DNA of 64,000 nucleotides from Candidatus Levyibacteriota bacterium (lineage in GTDB: Bacteria; Patescibacteriota; Microgenomatia; Levybacterales; UBA12049), in assembly GCA_016186625.1 (NCBI GenBank), contig JACPLG010000008.1, forward strand, positions 80,689 to 144,688. Direction: 5' to 3'. The notes below the pieces were generated by a model. That model was not told the origin of the DNA. It worked only from the letters and a program-made list of their open reading frames with translations, and ran no database searches. Made by a program: the position numbers and the translations under genes. Below are positions 33,586-42,509 of the stretch, one piece after another. Position 1 is the stretch's first letter. The number at the start of each line of letters is the position of its first letter.

Positions 33586-34566
33586 TTATTTAAATGAGCG
33601 GATGGTTATTATTGCGGCGGAGACAAACGGAATTGAGAGAAGAGCGCCCATTACCCCAAATAATCTTGCCCCAATTAAAATTGCAACAATTATTACAACA
33701 GGATTAAGTCCTACTGCTTTTTGCATTATTTTGGGTACCAGAATATTATTTTCCGCAAGCTGAATGCCAATGTAGGCCAAAACCACAGAAACAGCCATAA
33801 CGGGCGAGATTGCAAGGCCAACTATTACAGCTGGAATTGCGGCAATTATCGGTCCAAGTGTTGGAATAATTTCCAGTATTCCTGCCAAAATTGCCAGGGG
33901 AAGCGCAAAGGGAACTCCAAGAACAGTTAGGACAATCCAGGTAATTGTCCCAACCACTAAAGATAATACAATCTGACCCCTAAGCCATGCTCCGAGCTTT
34001 TGTTCCACCAGATGAATTGTCAGAATTATCTTTTGCCTATATCTCTCCGGTAAGAGATTTGGAATTTCCCTTCCAATTTTCTCCCGCTCAATCAGCATAT
34101 AAAAACTTAAAACAAATATTGAAATAACAGTAAATATTCCTCCAAAAAACCGTGTTGTAAAAGACAGAGCATTTTGTCCAATCAGGCCTGTTAATGGTGA
34201 TAAATAGTTTTCTATCTGAGCATTACTAACCTGAAATCCTAAGACTTGGCTAGCCAAATTTAGATACGTTGGGATTGCCTTAAATAATGCCTGGATTTGG
34301 GAAATGAAAAAAGGAAGGATCGGGACTACCAAAAGAACAATTGCGGCTATTACAAGGCTATATACAACAGTTACTGTAAGAAAGTTTGGAAGTCTAAAGC
34401 GTTTCAGGCCGCGAACAATAGGAGTTAGTGCTGCCATTATAATGTAGGAGATGAAAAGCGCAAGAAGGATACTTCTTATCTGGTAAAGAAAAAGGGCAAG
34501 AGCTACCAGGAGAACTGTAGCTAAGATATGGTTATTGAGTACGTATTTAACTATAGGATTTTGCAC
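33586..34566 (-). CDS. AI-2E family transporter (PerM/UPF0118)
   Basis: 326 aa, 8 TM segments, family-typical topology and loop motifs. Confidence 0.55.
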   Translation of the reverse strand: MQNPIVKYVLNNHILATVLLVALALFLYQIRSILLALFISYIIMAALTPIVRGLKRFRLPNFLTVTVVYSLVIAAIVLLVVPILPFFISQIQALFKAIPTYLNLASQVLGFQVSNAQIENYLSPLTGLIGQNALSFTTRFFGGIFTVISIFVLSFYMLIEREKIGREIPNLLPERYRQKIILTIHLVEQKLGAWLRGQIVLSLVVGTITWIVLTVLGVPFALPLAILAGILEIIPTLGPIIAAIPAVIVGLAISPVMAVSVVLAYIGIQLAENNILVPKIMQKAVGLNPVVIIVAILIGARLFGVMGALLSIPFVSAAIITIRSFK

Positions 34567-34642
34567 TGCTTCAATTATAGCATATTTTGTTTGATTTTGA
34601 GCGGATTTCGAGGTAAAATAGTATGGTAACCTTTTAGATTAA

Positions 34643-34730
34643 CGCAAAATCGCTGGATTGGGAGTGTCGGTTTTGCGAATCAATAAAGGGAAAATCGTTG
34701 GGAAAAAACCGTTAGGTTTTGTCCCATTTA
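34643..34730 (+). repeat. Conserved tRNA-upstream element (copy 2)
   Basis: CGCAAAATCG-CTGGATTGGGAGTGT-CGGTTTTGCG ... GGGAAAAAACCGTTAGGTTTTGTCCC; stem changes relative to copy 1 are compensatory. Confidence 0.5.
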
Positions 34731-34772
34731 GGCCCTGTAGCTCAACGGATAGACCTGCCCGCTAAGCAGCAT
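34731..34772 (+). pseudogene. tRNA 5'-fragment (acceptor + D-arm + degenerate anticodon arm)
   Basis: GGCCCTGTAGCTCAACGGATAGACCTGCCCGCTAAGCAGCATG; no T-arm. Confidence 0.35.
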
Positions 34773-34845
34773 GCGCCCGTAGCTCAACGGATAGAGCAAG
34801 ACGGTTCTAACGTCAAGGTTGGGGGTTCGATTCCCTCCGGGCGTG
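34773..34845 (+). tRNA. tRNA-Arg (anticodon TCT)
   Basis: GCGCCCGTAGCTCAACGGATAGAGCAAGACGGTTCTAACGTCAAGGTTGGGGGTTCGATTCCCTCCGGGCGTG. Confidence 0.75.
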
Positions 34846-34855
34846 CAAGTATGGT

Positions 34856-34911
34856 AGGCAGGGCGAGTGCGTTCTAAGCACCAGGTTGGGGGTTCGATTC
34901 CCTGCCTGCCG
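34856..34911 (+). pseudogene. D-arm-less partial tRNA-Arg(TCT) copy
   Basis: GGCAGGG-CGAGTGCGTTCTAAGCAC-CAGGTTGGGGGTTCGATTCCCTGCCTGCC; same anticodon loop GTTCTAA as the neighbouring tRNA. Confidence 0.4.
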
Positions 34912-35072
34912 GCAGGCAGGCCTCCGGGGTCGCACTTCGGCATCAGTCCGGCAAACTCATGACAAGAGCTCAGTGCAAGCTGAGTTTGACGAAGCGACCT
35001 GAGGGATGAGAAGTTTACCCTGAGTACTTCGGTTTACTCAGCATAAACGAAGTCGAAGGGATTCCCTCCAGG
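34912..35072. repeat. MITE-like repeat with partial tRNA 3' duplicate (GATTCCCTCCAGGGTC)
   Basis: cgaagtcgaagggattccctccagggtc; CCTGAG and TCGAA motifs as in the other copies. Confidence 0.35.
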
Positions 35073-35073
35073 G

Positions 35074-35541
35074 TCACAGATGTCTTCCCCTGAGGTAAGC
35101 TTCGGCAGCCTCTCTCATTGAGTGTTCAGGGAATTCTCCTGTACGATTATGCGCAAACCGTTGATAAATACTGCCACGTAAAAGCTCGAGTTTTTCGGTT
35201 GTTAAAAATCTGAAGTCATTTGCTAAAGCAAATCCCTCTCCAACAACTTCTATTACTTTTTCCATAGGTACATCGTGAGACGCCCGAACATTATCTGGAT
35301 GAATTCTATCAGCCACAGATTTAATTGCTTGCAGCTTTGATTGATCTTCCAATAAAGCTTCTCGTAACTCTAAAGGATTTTCACCAGTTTCTCTGACTAT
35401 AAGGGCTATAACTGCTCCTTGCGCAGTAACGGAAGCAGGACAAGCCATGCTAGCTCTAATGAAATAAAAATAGGCTATTTCCGCCATACTCCTTGGGAAG
35501 CCTTCACTCATGTCAGTTTGCGCAGTTTCAGCTGTACTCAC
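35074..35541 (-). CDS. Hypothetical protein
   Basis: 155 aa, GC-richer; no motif. Confidence 0.35.
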   Translation of the reverse strand: MSTAETAQTDMSEGFPRSMAEIAYFYFIRASMACPASVTAQGAVIALIVRETGENPLELREALLEDQSKLQAIKSVADRIHPDNVRASHDVPMEKVIEVVGEGFALANDFRFLTTEKLELLRGSIYQRFAHNRTGEFPEHSMREAAEAYLRGRHL

Positions 35542-35572
35542 AGGTGAATTCTAAATTAAGCCATGTTAAATT

Positions 35573-36379
35573 TCAATTACCCAGTAGGTATTGGGCCGCT
35601 TCTTGGTCAAGTACAGCCGTTACTCTTGGATGGATGCGTAAAAACGAGGCTGGAGCGTCTGATGAAACTGGACCTTTCAGTGTGCGATTTACACCCCAAG
35701 CCTTATGTACTCCTTTTGCAATTAATATAATCCATCGAGCTCTTAGTATGTCCCCTATACCTTGAGTTAATGCTCCTTCTGGAATTTGACTTGGATCTTC
35801 AAAAAGTCTTGCGTTTGCTTCTCTGGTTTGAAGGTCTAGTGTGACATATCTTACAGTTGAGTCAGGTTCTGATCCTTTTTCGTTAAAACCAATATGACAC
35901 GTTGTGCCAGGGCCAATACCCACCACCGCAAGATCTACCGGTTGTCTTGCCTCAAGTAACGCTCTGTATCGCTGGGCTTCTTCATCTGCGCTTGGGGCTC
36001 CCCCGTTTGGAATATTCCATTCACCAACCGGAACGTGATCCATTAAATGCCTCCGCATAAAGCTAGCATAACTATCTAGGCTAGCTGGATCGATTGGATG
36101 GTATTCGTCCAGATTAACTATCGTAGTTTTACTTAAATTCACTATTCCCTCTTGAGCGCTAGCTACGATTAGTCCGTACATACCAATAGGTGTGTTCCCA
36201 GTAGGTAAAGTCAATACTGAAGTAGGTTTTGTTCTAATTTGTTCGATAATCAAACCAGCTGCATATGCGTCTACAGCTTCCGCGTTTGGGAGTACAACTA
36301 ACTCAGGTGGATAAGTAACTGAGCTAGGCTCAGGAAAGCGCCCCTCTGGTACTACAATCCTACTTTCAGCTGCTGTCAT
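35573..36379 (-). CDS. Glucosamine-6-phosphate deaminase/6-phosphogluconolactonase-family protein (NagB-like)
   Basis: LTLPTGNTP and VGIGPGTTCHIGFNEKGS resemble NagB GLPTGSTP and GIGPDGHIAFNEP; GC-richer. Confidence 0.55.
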   Translation of the reverse strand: MTAAESRIVVPEGRFPEPSSVTYPPELVVLPNAEAVDAYAAGLIIEQIRTKPTSVLTLPTGNTPIGMYGLIVASAQEGIVNLSKTTIVNLDEYHPIDPASLDSYASFMRRHLMDHVPVGEWNIPNGGAPSADEEAQRYRALLEARQPVDLAVVGIGPGTTCHIGFNEKGSEPDSTVRYVTLDLQTREANARLFEDPSQIPEGALTQGIGDILRARWIILIAKGVHKAWGVNRTLKGPVSSDAPASFLRIHPRVTAVLDQEAAQYLLGN

Positions 36380-36531
36380 TTTTAGTATAAAAACTTATTG
36401 CGAAGAATTCTACATAATAATATTTCTTTTTGCAAGTAAATTAAAAAATTTACACTAGATTGTCTAGATTGTAGAATATAGTCATTACTGCAGGTTTGAA
36501 GACTCGGGAGAGGCTGTGATATACTTTTTGA

Positions 36532-37098
36532 ATGAAGTTGGCAGTTTTGGGGGGAAGATTTGATCCTATTCATACTGGTCATATTTTGGTTGCTCGTCAG
36601 GTTTTAGAACTTGTTCCTGACATTGATAAAGTTCTGTTTATCCCAGCAAACAAGCATCAGTGGAAATCAACAGTTGCTGATGCCAACGATCGGATGGAGA
36701 TGATCAAACTTTGTCTTGAATATAAAATGGAGGTTTCAGATATCGAGTTGAAAAGAAAGGGAATAAGCTACTCAATAGATACGATAAGAGCATTAAAGCA
36801 AGAAAGAGGAGCACAAATTTTTTGGATAATAGGTTCTGATATAGTTACGGAGTTTGACCGGTGGAAAAAAGCAGATGAACTGGTAAAAGAAGCTACTTTT
36901 CTTGTTTTTCCAAGAGACCCTTATGATCTTCCCACGAACCTACCGGTTGGATTCGAACTAATTTCAGGACCAAATCTTTTGGTAACTAGCTTCTCAGGGA
37001 CTGCAATTAGAGAGAGAGTAAAAACGGGAAAATCAATAAAGTATCTTGTACCAGAACCGGTTGAGCGATATATTAAAGAAAATAAGCTTTATGTTTAG
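36532..37098 (+). CDS. nadD: Nicotinate-nucleotide adenylyltransferase
   Basis: GGRFDPIHTGH (HxGH nucleotidyltransferase motif), ISSTAIRERV-like SGTAIRERV. Confidence 0.85.
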   Translation: MKLAVLGGRFDPIHTGHILVARQVLELVPDIDKVLFIPANKHQWKSTVADANDRMEMIKLCLEYKMEVSDIELKRKGISYSIDTIRALKQERGAQIFWIIGSDIVTEFDRWKKADELVKEATFLVFPRDPYDLPTNLPVGFELISGPNLLVTSFSGTAIRERVKTGKSIKYLVPEPVERYIKENKLYV

Positions 37099-37846
37099 TC
37101 TACCCCAAATTAATCCCGAAGCAGAAGAAAAAAAGATCGTCTCTTTTTTGAGAAAAACGTTTCACGAACAAAAGATTGAAAAAGCAGTAATTGGAGTTTC
37201 AGGAGGAATTGATTCGTCGGTAAGCTTGACACTGCTTGCTAAAGCTATACCTGCAGAAAATATTTTAGCCCTAAACCTTCCCTATTTTAATGAAATTGAT
37301 AAAGACATTCCAGAACTTGAGAAAACACTTAATATGCGAATAACTACTGTATCGATCAAAAAAACAACGGATGAAGTAATCTCTCGTTTAGAAATTTCTG
37401 AGGAAGAGGCACTTCGCCGCGGCAATATTTCGGCAAGAGTCCGAATGATTGTCCTCTATGATTTTGCTAAAAAACATAGCTCTCTTGTTGTAGGTACTGA
37501 AAACAGATCTGAACACCACATGGGCTATTTTACGCGCTTTGGTGACGAAGCGTCAGATATTGAGCCAATCCAGCATTTGTATAAAACCCAGGTTTATGAA
37601 TTAGCAAGATATCTTGGAATTCCGCGTTCGATTATTGACAAATCTCCTTCTGCTAATCTTTGGCAACAGCAGACTGATGAAGGCGAATTCGGGTTTTCTT
37701 ATGCTGAAGCTGACCAAGTTCTTTATCGTTACTTTGATAAAAAGGAAAAGACCGAACAAATCGAAAAAGATTTTCCAAGTGCAGGAAAAATTATCGACTT
37801 TGCCAATAAAAACTCCTACAAACACCACGTCCCATACCACCTTTAG
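37091..37846 (+). CDS. nadE: NH3-dependent NAD+ synthetase
   Basis: VIGVSGGIDSSV (PP-loop SGGxDS); internal ATG at 37091 chosen because the listed ORF overlaps the nadD end. Confidence 0.85.
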   Translation: MFSLPQINPEAEEKKIVSFLRKTFHEQKIEKAVIGVSGGIDSSVSLTLLAKAIPAENILALNLPYFNEIDKDIPELEKTLNMRITTVSIKKTTDEVISRLEISEEEALRRGNISARVRMIVLYDFAKKHSSLVVGTENRSEHHMGYFTRFGDEASDIEPIQHLYKTQVYELARYLGIPRSIIDKSPSANLWQQQTDEGEFGFSYAEADQVLYRYFDKKEKTEQIEKDFPSAGKIIDFANKNSYKHHVPYHL

Positions 37847-37847
37847 C

Positions 37848-37903
37848 TTTACACCTTTACACCCCGGGTGTGGATTTACCTTGACACCCCAGGGATTTAG
37901 ATT
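37848..37903. repeat. REP-2 copy flanking RAYT-2
   Basis: CTTTACACCTTTACACCCCGGGTGTGGATTTACCTTGACACCCCAGGGA. Confidence 0.65.
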
Positions 37904-37917
37904 TAAAGTTAGTTTAT

Positions 37918-38580
37918 ATGCCAAGAAGGAGATTTGTTTTAGCTACCAATGAAACTTACCACATATATAACAGGTCTGTTGCTAAGGAGTCGATATTTTC
38001 TTCAGCTACTTGTTTAAACAAGATAATCGAGATATCAGACTATTATCGATACCATCAAGAGCTTAGGCTGTCTAAGTTTAAAAAATTACCCGTTGATCAG
38101 AAAAAGAGCTATTTAGATTCGATTAAGAACAGGGAGAAACTTGTAGACATCTATTCATTTGCTTTTATGCCTAATCACTACCATTTCTTATTGAAACAAC
38201 TGGTCGATAATGGAATCGTAAATTTTATTTCTAATTTTCAAAATAGTTTTGCTAAATACTTTAATATAAAAAATGATCGAAACGGTGCTTTATTTCTGAA
38301 CCCCTTTAAAGGAAAAAGAATAGAGTCTGAAGACCAGTTTGTTCATGTCTCAAGATATATTCACCTAAATCCTGTCACTTCATACTTGGTTGAGTTTAAA
38401 GACTTACCAGATTATCCTTGGACTTCTTTTAGAATCTACCATTACGGTTTAAATTTATTTGTAAATACTAAGCTGATACTGGAGAGTTTTAAATCCATAA
38501 AGAGTTATTACAATTTTGTGGAAGATCAAGTAGATTATCAAAGAAGTCTTGCTTTAATAAAGGATTTAGTTCTTGAGTGA
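37918..38580 (+). CDS. REP-associated tyrosine transposase (RAYT), family 2
   Basis: HIYNRSV, MPNHYHFLL (HUH), YIHLNP (Tyr); flanked by inverted REP-2 copies. Confidence 0.8.
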   Translation: MPRRRFVLATNETYHIYNRSVAKESIFSSATCLNKIIEISDYYRYHQELRLSKFKKLPVDQKKSYLDSIKNREKLVDIYSFAFMPNHYHFLLKQLVDNGIVNFISNFQNSFAKYFNIKNDRNGALFLNPFKGKRIESEDQFVHVSRYIHLNPVTSYLVEFKDLPDYPWTSFRIYHYGLNLFVNTKLILESFKSIKSYYNFVEDQVDYQRSLALIKDLVLE

Positions 38581-38587
38581 TTTACCT

Positions 38588-38630
38588 AATATCCTAGGGT
38601 GTAAACCTAAATTCACCCCCGGGGTGTATG
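38588..38630. repeat. REP-2 copy (inverted orientation) flanking RAYT-2
   Basis: CTAGGGTGTAAACCTAAATTCACCCCCGGGGTGTA. Confidence 0.65.
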
Positions 38631-38682
38631 CGGGACGATATTTGCTTGATTTGGGGTTCAGTTAGTTTTAAGATTGTAGTCA

Positions 38683-39363
38683 ATGATTCCTATTGCTGAT
38701 TCTGTAAAAGCCAAGCGTTTCCCCATTTTCAATATAGGAATAATTATTCTCACAGTTTTTGTTTTTTATCTTCAAATAACCAGTCCTGAATCATTCACCT
38801 ATCAATATGCCTTAATTCCTTCCCAAATCGACTTTGCTAACTTCTCAACTTTGTACCCTTTTGTTACCTCAATATTTCTTCACGGCGGATTTTTACACAT
38901 TATTTCCAATATGATATTTCTCTGGGTATTTGGAGATAATGTTGAGGGACACTTTCCTTTCTTAACCTACCCCTTTTTATACATTGGGTCAGGAATAGTG
39001 GCTAGCCTTGCACAGTACATTATTAGCCCAGCGTCAAATATACCCATGCTGGGGGCATCCGGTGCTGTTGCAGGGGCATTGGGCGCATATTTTGTGTTAT
39101 TTCCCCACCATAAAATAAAGACCTTTGTCCCTTTCTTTGGCTTCTTTACTATGGTAAATATAAGCGCAGTTTTTATGCTTGGGTATTGGTTTGTTTTGCA
39201 AATCTTATCAGGAGCGGCAAGTTTATCCGGACCATCTGATATTGGTGGTGTTGCTTTCTGGGCACATGTGGGAGGATTTGTCTTTGGCGCAGCCGCAGCG
39301 AAACTCCTTGACCTATTCAAACACGAAGAACAACACACAGATCATGCCGAGCTTTCCCCATAG
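38683..39363 (+). CDS. Rhomboid-family intramembrane serine protease
   Basis: HGGFLHIISNM, GASGAVAGALGAY (GxSG), later His in FWAHVGGF. Confidence 0.75.
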   Translation: MIPIADSVKAKRFPIFNIGIIILTVFVFYLQITSPESFTYQYALIPSQIDFANFSTLYPFVTSIFLHGGFLHIISNMIFLWVFGDNVEGHFPFLTYPFLYIGSGIVASLAQYIISPASNIPMLGASGAVAGALGAYFVLFPHHKIKTFVPFFGFFTMVNISAVFMLGYWFVLQILSGAASLSGPSDIGGVAFWAHVGGFVFGAAAAKLLDLFKHEEQHTDHAELSP

Positions 39364-39392
39364 CCTCAGAAGATGATATAATTAGCAAGAGT

Positions 39393-39467
39393 GGTGGATG
39401 TAGCTCAGTGGTAGAGCTCCTGGTTGTGGTCCAGGTGGCCGCGGGTTCGATCCCCGTCATCCACCCA
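39393..39467 (+). tRNA. tRNA-His (anticodon GTG) with G(-1)
   Basis: gGTGGATGTAGCTCAGTGGTAGAGCTCCTGGTTGTGGTCCAGGTGGCCGCGGGTTCGATCCCCGTCATCCACCCA. Confidence 0.8.
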
Positions 39468-39898
39468 TTCGACTCACTTCGTTCGCTCATGGCTGTAAGC
39501 CGGAGTCGAATGTCCTGAGTTCATCGAAGGACAAAATGTCTTTTTTCATTTACATTCTCCGTAGCTCATCCAATCAACTATATATTGGACAAACGAATAA
39601 TTTTGAAAATCGGACAAAGCAACATATTGCAAAAGATTGTAAAGCAGCGAAATTTACTAAAGATCATGAAGACTTCAAGCCCGTTTATAAAGAGGAGTAC
39701 CCTACAAGATTAGAAGCAATGAGAAGAGAAGCACAGATTAAAAAATGGTCAAGAGCAAAAAAAGAAGCGCTTATTGCAGGAAATTTGAAAGAACTTAAAA
39801 ATTTAAGCAAAAAGAAATAGTAAGTGAGATCATCGAGCCTGAGCCTGAGGTTCACTTCAGAGTCGAAGACCTGTCGAACCATCCCCGTCATCCACCCA
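39468..39898 (+). mobile_element. Minimal tRNA-integrated cassette: GIY-YIG nuclease gene bounded by a 16-bp direct repeat of the tRNA-His 3' end and ATTCGAC.../...GTCGAACC termini
   Basis: CCCCGTCATCCACCCA at 39453-39468 and again at 39883-39898; left end ATTCGACTCACTTCGTTCGCTCA, right end GAGTCGAAGACCTGTCGAACCAT. Confidence 0.55.
39536..39820 (+). CDS. GIY-YIG nuclease-domain protein (UPF0213/YhbQ-like)
   Basis: FFIYILRSSSNQLYIGQTNNFENRTKQH matches the GIY-YIG core. Confidence 0.7.
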   Translation: MSFFIYILRSSSNQLYIGQTNNFENRTKQHIAKDCKAAKFTKDHEDFKPVYKEEYPTRLEAMRREAQIKKWSRAKKEALIAGNLKELKNLSKKK

Positions 39899-40068
39899 AA
39901 TTAAATGCGCTCGGACTCACAAATGCAGTTTGGCTTGCTATAACAGGCAAATCATATCTTTTTCATCTTCACTTTTTCTGATTTGATTGGAAACTTTCTG
40001 AATGTATGCAAATGGAGTTCGGATATCTATGGTGAGCTTTTCCATACTTATACCTAGCAAGACGTAGC

Positions 40069-41019
40069 TCAATAACCTAAGTGTTTACCAAATGTAGTTG
40101 TGTCAATTGGTAAACTGGCTACATATTGGTTTATGCAATATCTTAAAGTTTCTCTCTTATTTTGCCATCTATGGTTATTGCCCAGTTTCTTAGCTATTTG
40201 TTTCTCAAAAGAAGTTTCCCATATGGCCTTAAGCAATACCATATCATCTGTAAAACTTGATAGATCCTCTAACTCAAGATCGCTGGCCGTAGCATCAATT
40301 GTATCTAAATATTTTCTTATCTGTTTTTCACTGAAATCATAAGCTAACTGACTAGTACCATCAGGTGCTGTGAAGTTCCAGAATCGGCCAGTGAAAGGGC
40401 TAGTGATTACATCGAATCCCACAGGAGCGATAAACTTATGCTCAAAATCCATGACTCCACCTGGCAACATATTAAATGGTCCTAAATCACCGTGCGTTAA
40501 AACTTGTGGTAGATTGACGACTCTTGCCTCTGCCATAGCGAATGCTTTCTCGAGATCTTCTATGCTAAGGTCAGGATTTTCCTCGATAACATTATCTAAG
40601 TTAACCCCGTCACGCAAATTACCTTGTTCTCTAAATGAAGGAGCAGATTTTAACTGTGCAACTAAAAATAGACTTGCAATACGGCAGTATTGATCAAAGG
40701 AAGTCTCTTCTATGACGCCGGTGGCCGCGTATTCTTCCCTAAATATATCGCCAAAAGTTCTAGTGCCTAGAGAGGATTCGGTAAAATAGTATGTATCAGC
40801 ATCAATTTCTCCATCACTTAATACTTCTGGAGTAGGAAATCCCATATCATGCAGAGTTCTTGCAAACTCTACTTCATCACGGATACTATTCTTAGACCCA
40901 GTTTTTAAATATCTGTCGCCATAGATAGATAGGTAGACAATTCCTTGACTTATAGTACGTGCCTTTACAAAATGCCAATCAGTATTCTCGAGTTGCAGCT
41001 GTTGTTTTAATACTTCCAT
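40069..41019 (-). CDS. Aminoglycoside/choline-kinase-like phosphotransferase (APH fold)
   Basis: THGDLGPFNML (Brenner motif HGDxxxxN) and VMDFEH (D-F/W-E metal-binding motif). Confidence 0.7.
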   Translation of the reverse strand: MEVLKQQLQLENTDWHFVKARTISQGIVYLSIYGDRYLKTGSKNSIRDEVEFARTLHDMGFPTPEVLSDGEIDADTYYFTESSLGTRTFGDIFREEYAATGVIEETSFDQYCRIASLFLVAQLKSAPSFREQGNLRDGVNLDNVIEENPDLSIEDLEKAFAMAEARVVNLPQVLTHGDLGPFNMLPGGVMDFEHKFIAPVGFDVITSPFTGRFWNFTAPDGTSQLAYDFSEKQIRKYLDTIDATASDLELEDLSSFTDDMVLLKAIWETSFEKQIAKKLGNNHRWQNKRETLRYCINQYVASLPIDTTTFGKHLGY

Positions 41020-41224
41020 CGTTAATTAGACCATAAACGAATAATTATTACATATACGTAGACGAGGCGGTAAGGTGCAATCTTACTATTTACAAAATAG
41101 ATTTTATACTATTAATTCTAATAGTCAATATCAGGGAGTTTATGCAACTTATGGAAACTCCTAATCACATAACTCAAAAAGCCTTGAGGCTATATAACTA
41201 GGCAAAATAAAACTTAATCATCCT

Positions 41225-42385
41225 CTACATTAAACTGAGGAGGTTGGGCCTTATTCCAAATGTTGAATAAAGATCGTTGAGCGTCATTTCGGGATGTTTT
41301 TTACGCCGAGACTCCGACTCAGAAAGTATTTTACGCATTGAACTCTCCTCACCCGATATAGCTTCCGCAACTCTGGGCGTAGACATGGATCCATCGATGA
41401 AAGACTGTAAAACACTTTGGACATTCACAAAACCCTCCGACTGCAACCAAACTTCCTCTATCAGGGAGCGAACAATTTTTCTAAGTACGTACGAGTGCCT
41501 CTTATTTCCGGGCATTAACCCTTCTGCTGTTAGCTCATCTATCACGCGACAAAGATTCGCCATGTAATGAGCATCCAAATCAGAGATATGACCAAATGTA
41601 CCCTTGAATTGCTCCGCTAGCTTTCTCCATGGCATCAATGAAAATTTATTTTCACCTGTTAGTGCACGTTCAACCCTGCCCATGCCCAGGCCCACATCAA
41701 ATGCCGTGTGTTCAAAAGGAACTACTGATGTGCCTTCGGAAATTCCATCAATGTCCACAATCCTACCAATCTGCAGACAATCAGATAAGTCTTGATTCTG
41801 ATCATAGCCTTCTGAAGCGAACCACGCGATTACCCCACGCCCGTGCAGGTCCCCTTCTCCAAAGCTCCATTCATGCTTCAATACTTCAGGGTCTTCAATG
41901 ATACGAACCTGATTTGGGTCTAGAGAGGCAGACCTTAGTGCCGACTCTAGAGGATGACCTCCAATTGTAGAGAATATTAGGTTCTTTTTGTTAAGCCCCA
42001 GTGCACTTAACATATCAACAAAATATTCCATTGCCTTATCATGACTCACATTGAAAAGACCGCTGCCAAGCATGTGAAATAATGATGTATAATTTATATC
42101 TACACGAGCAGTGTCAAAAGTGCCGCCAGTTCCACCTAAGCGAAGACATTTTTGTATAAAAGCAAAATTGGAAGGGGTCGTATCACCGGAGAACATCGAT
42201 TTGAACGGAGTGATTGTCGCATTAGTAAACAAAACTGTGGGATCGTCAATGACTAATGGGAAAGAATCGTGCGTCGTAAATCCATTGTCTTGATGATATT
42301 CCAGAAATGAAGATTTTATAGATTCTACTACAGCGACTTCTTTATCTTGATGATATTCCTGAGGTGAAGATTTTATAGATTCCAT
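41225..42385 (-). CDS. Standalone alanyl-tRNA synthetase catalytic-domain paralog (no editing or C-Ala domains)
   Basis: DPTVLFTNATITPFK, IQKCLRLGG...TSLFHMLGSGLFN, DVGLGMGRVERAL, HSYVLRKIVRSL align to AlaRS residues about 1-370 (LLFTNAGMNQFK, CVRAGG...HTFFEMLGNFSFG, DTGMGLERI, RGYVLRRIIRRA). Confidence 0.7.
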   Translation of the reverse strand: MESIKSSPQEYHQDKEVAVVESIKSSFLEYHQDNGFTTHDSFPLVIDDPTVLFTNATITPFKSMFSGDTTPSNFAFIQKCLRLGGTGGTFDTARVDINYTSLFHMLGSGLFNVSHDKAMEYFVDMLSALGLNKKNLIFSTIGGHPLESALRSASLDPNQVRIIEDPEVLKHEWSFGEGDLHGRGVIAWFASEGYDQNQDLSDCLQIGRIVDIDGISEGTSVVPFEHTAFDVGLGMGRVERALTGENKFSLMPWRKLAEQFKGTFGHISDLDAHYMANLCRVIDELTAEGLMPGNKRHSYVLRKIVRSLIEEVWLQSEGFVNVQSVLQSFIDGSMSTPRVAEAISGEESSMRKILSESESRRKKHPEMTLNDLYSTFGIRPNLLSLM

Positions 42386-42509
42386 TACAGCGACTCCTTA
42401 GATGCTGGGCAAGTTTTATAAAAGTACAGTATAGTATCATAATGAACTAATCTTGTAAAATAATTAAAACTACCTTCATTAAATGAGAACAGACCATGAA
42501 GGGTATCTA

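Noticed and set aside
34728-34943. 71-aa minus-strand ORF
   Set aside because: Spans the tRNA-Arg(TCT) gene and its flanking tRNA fragments.
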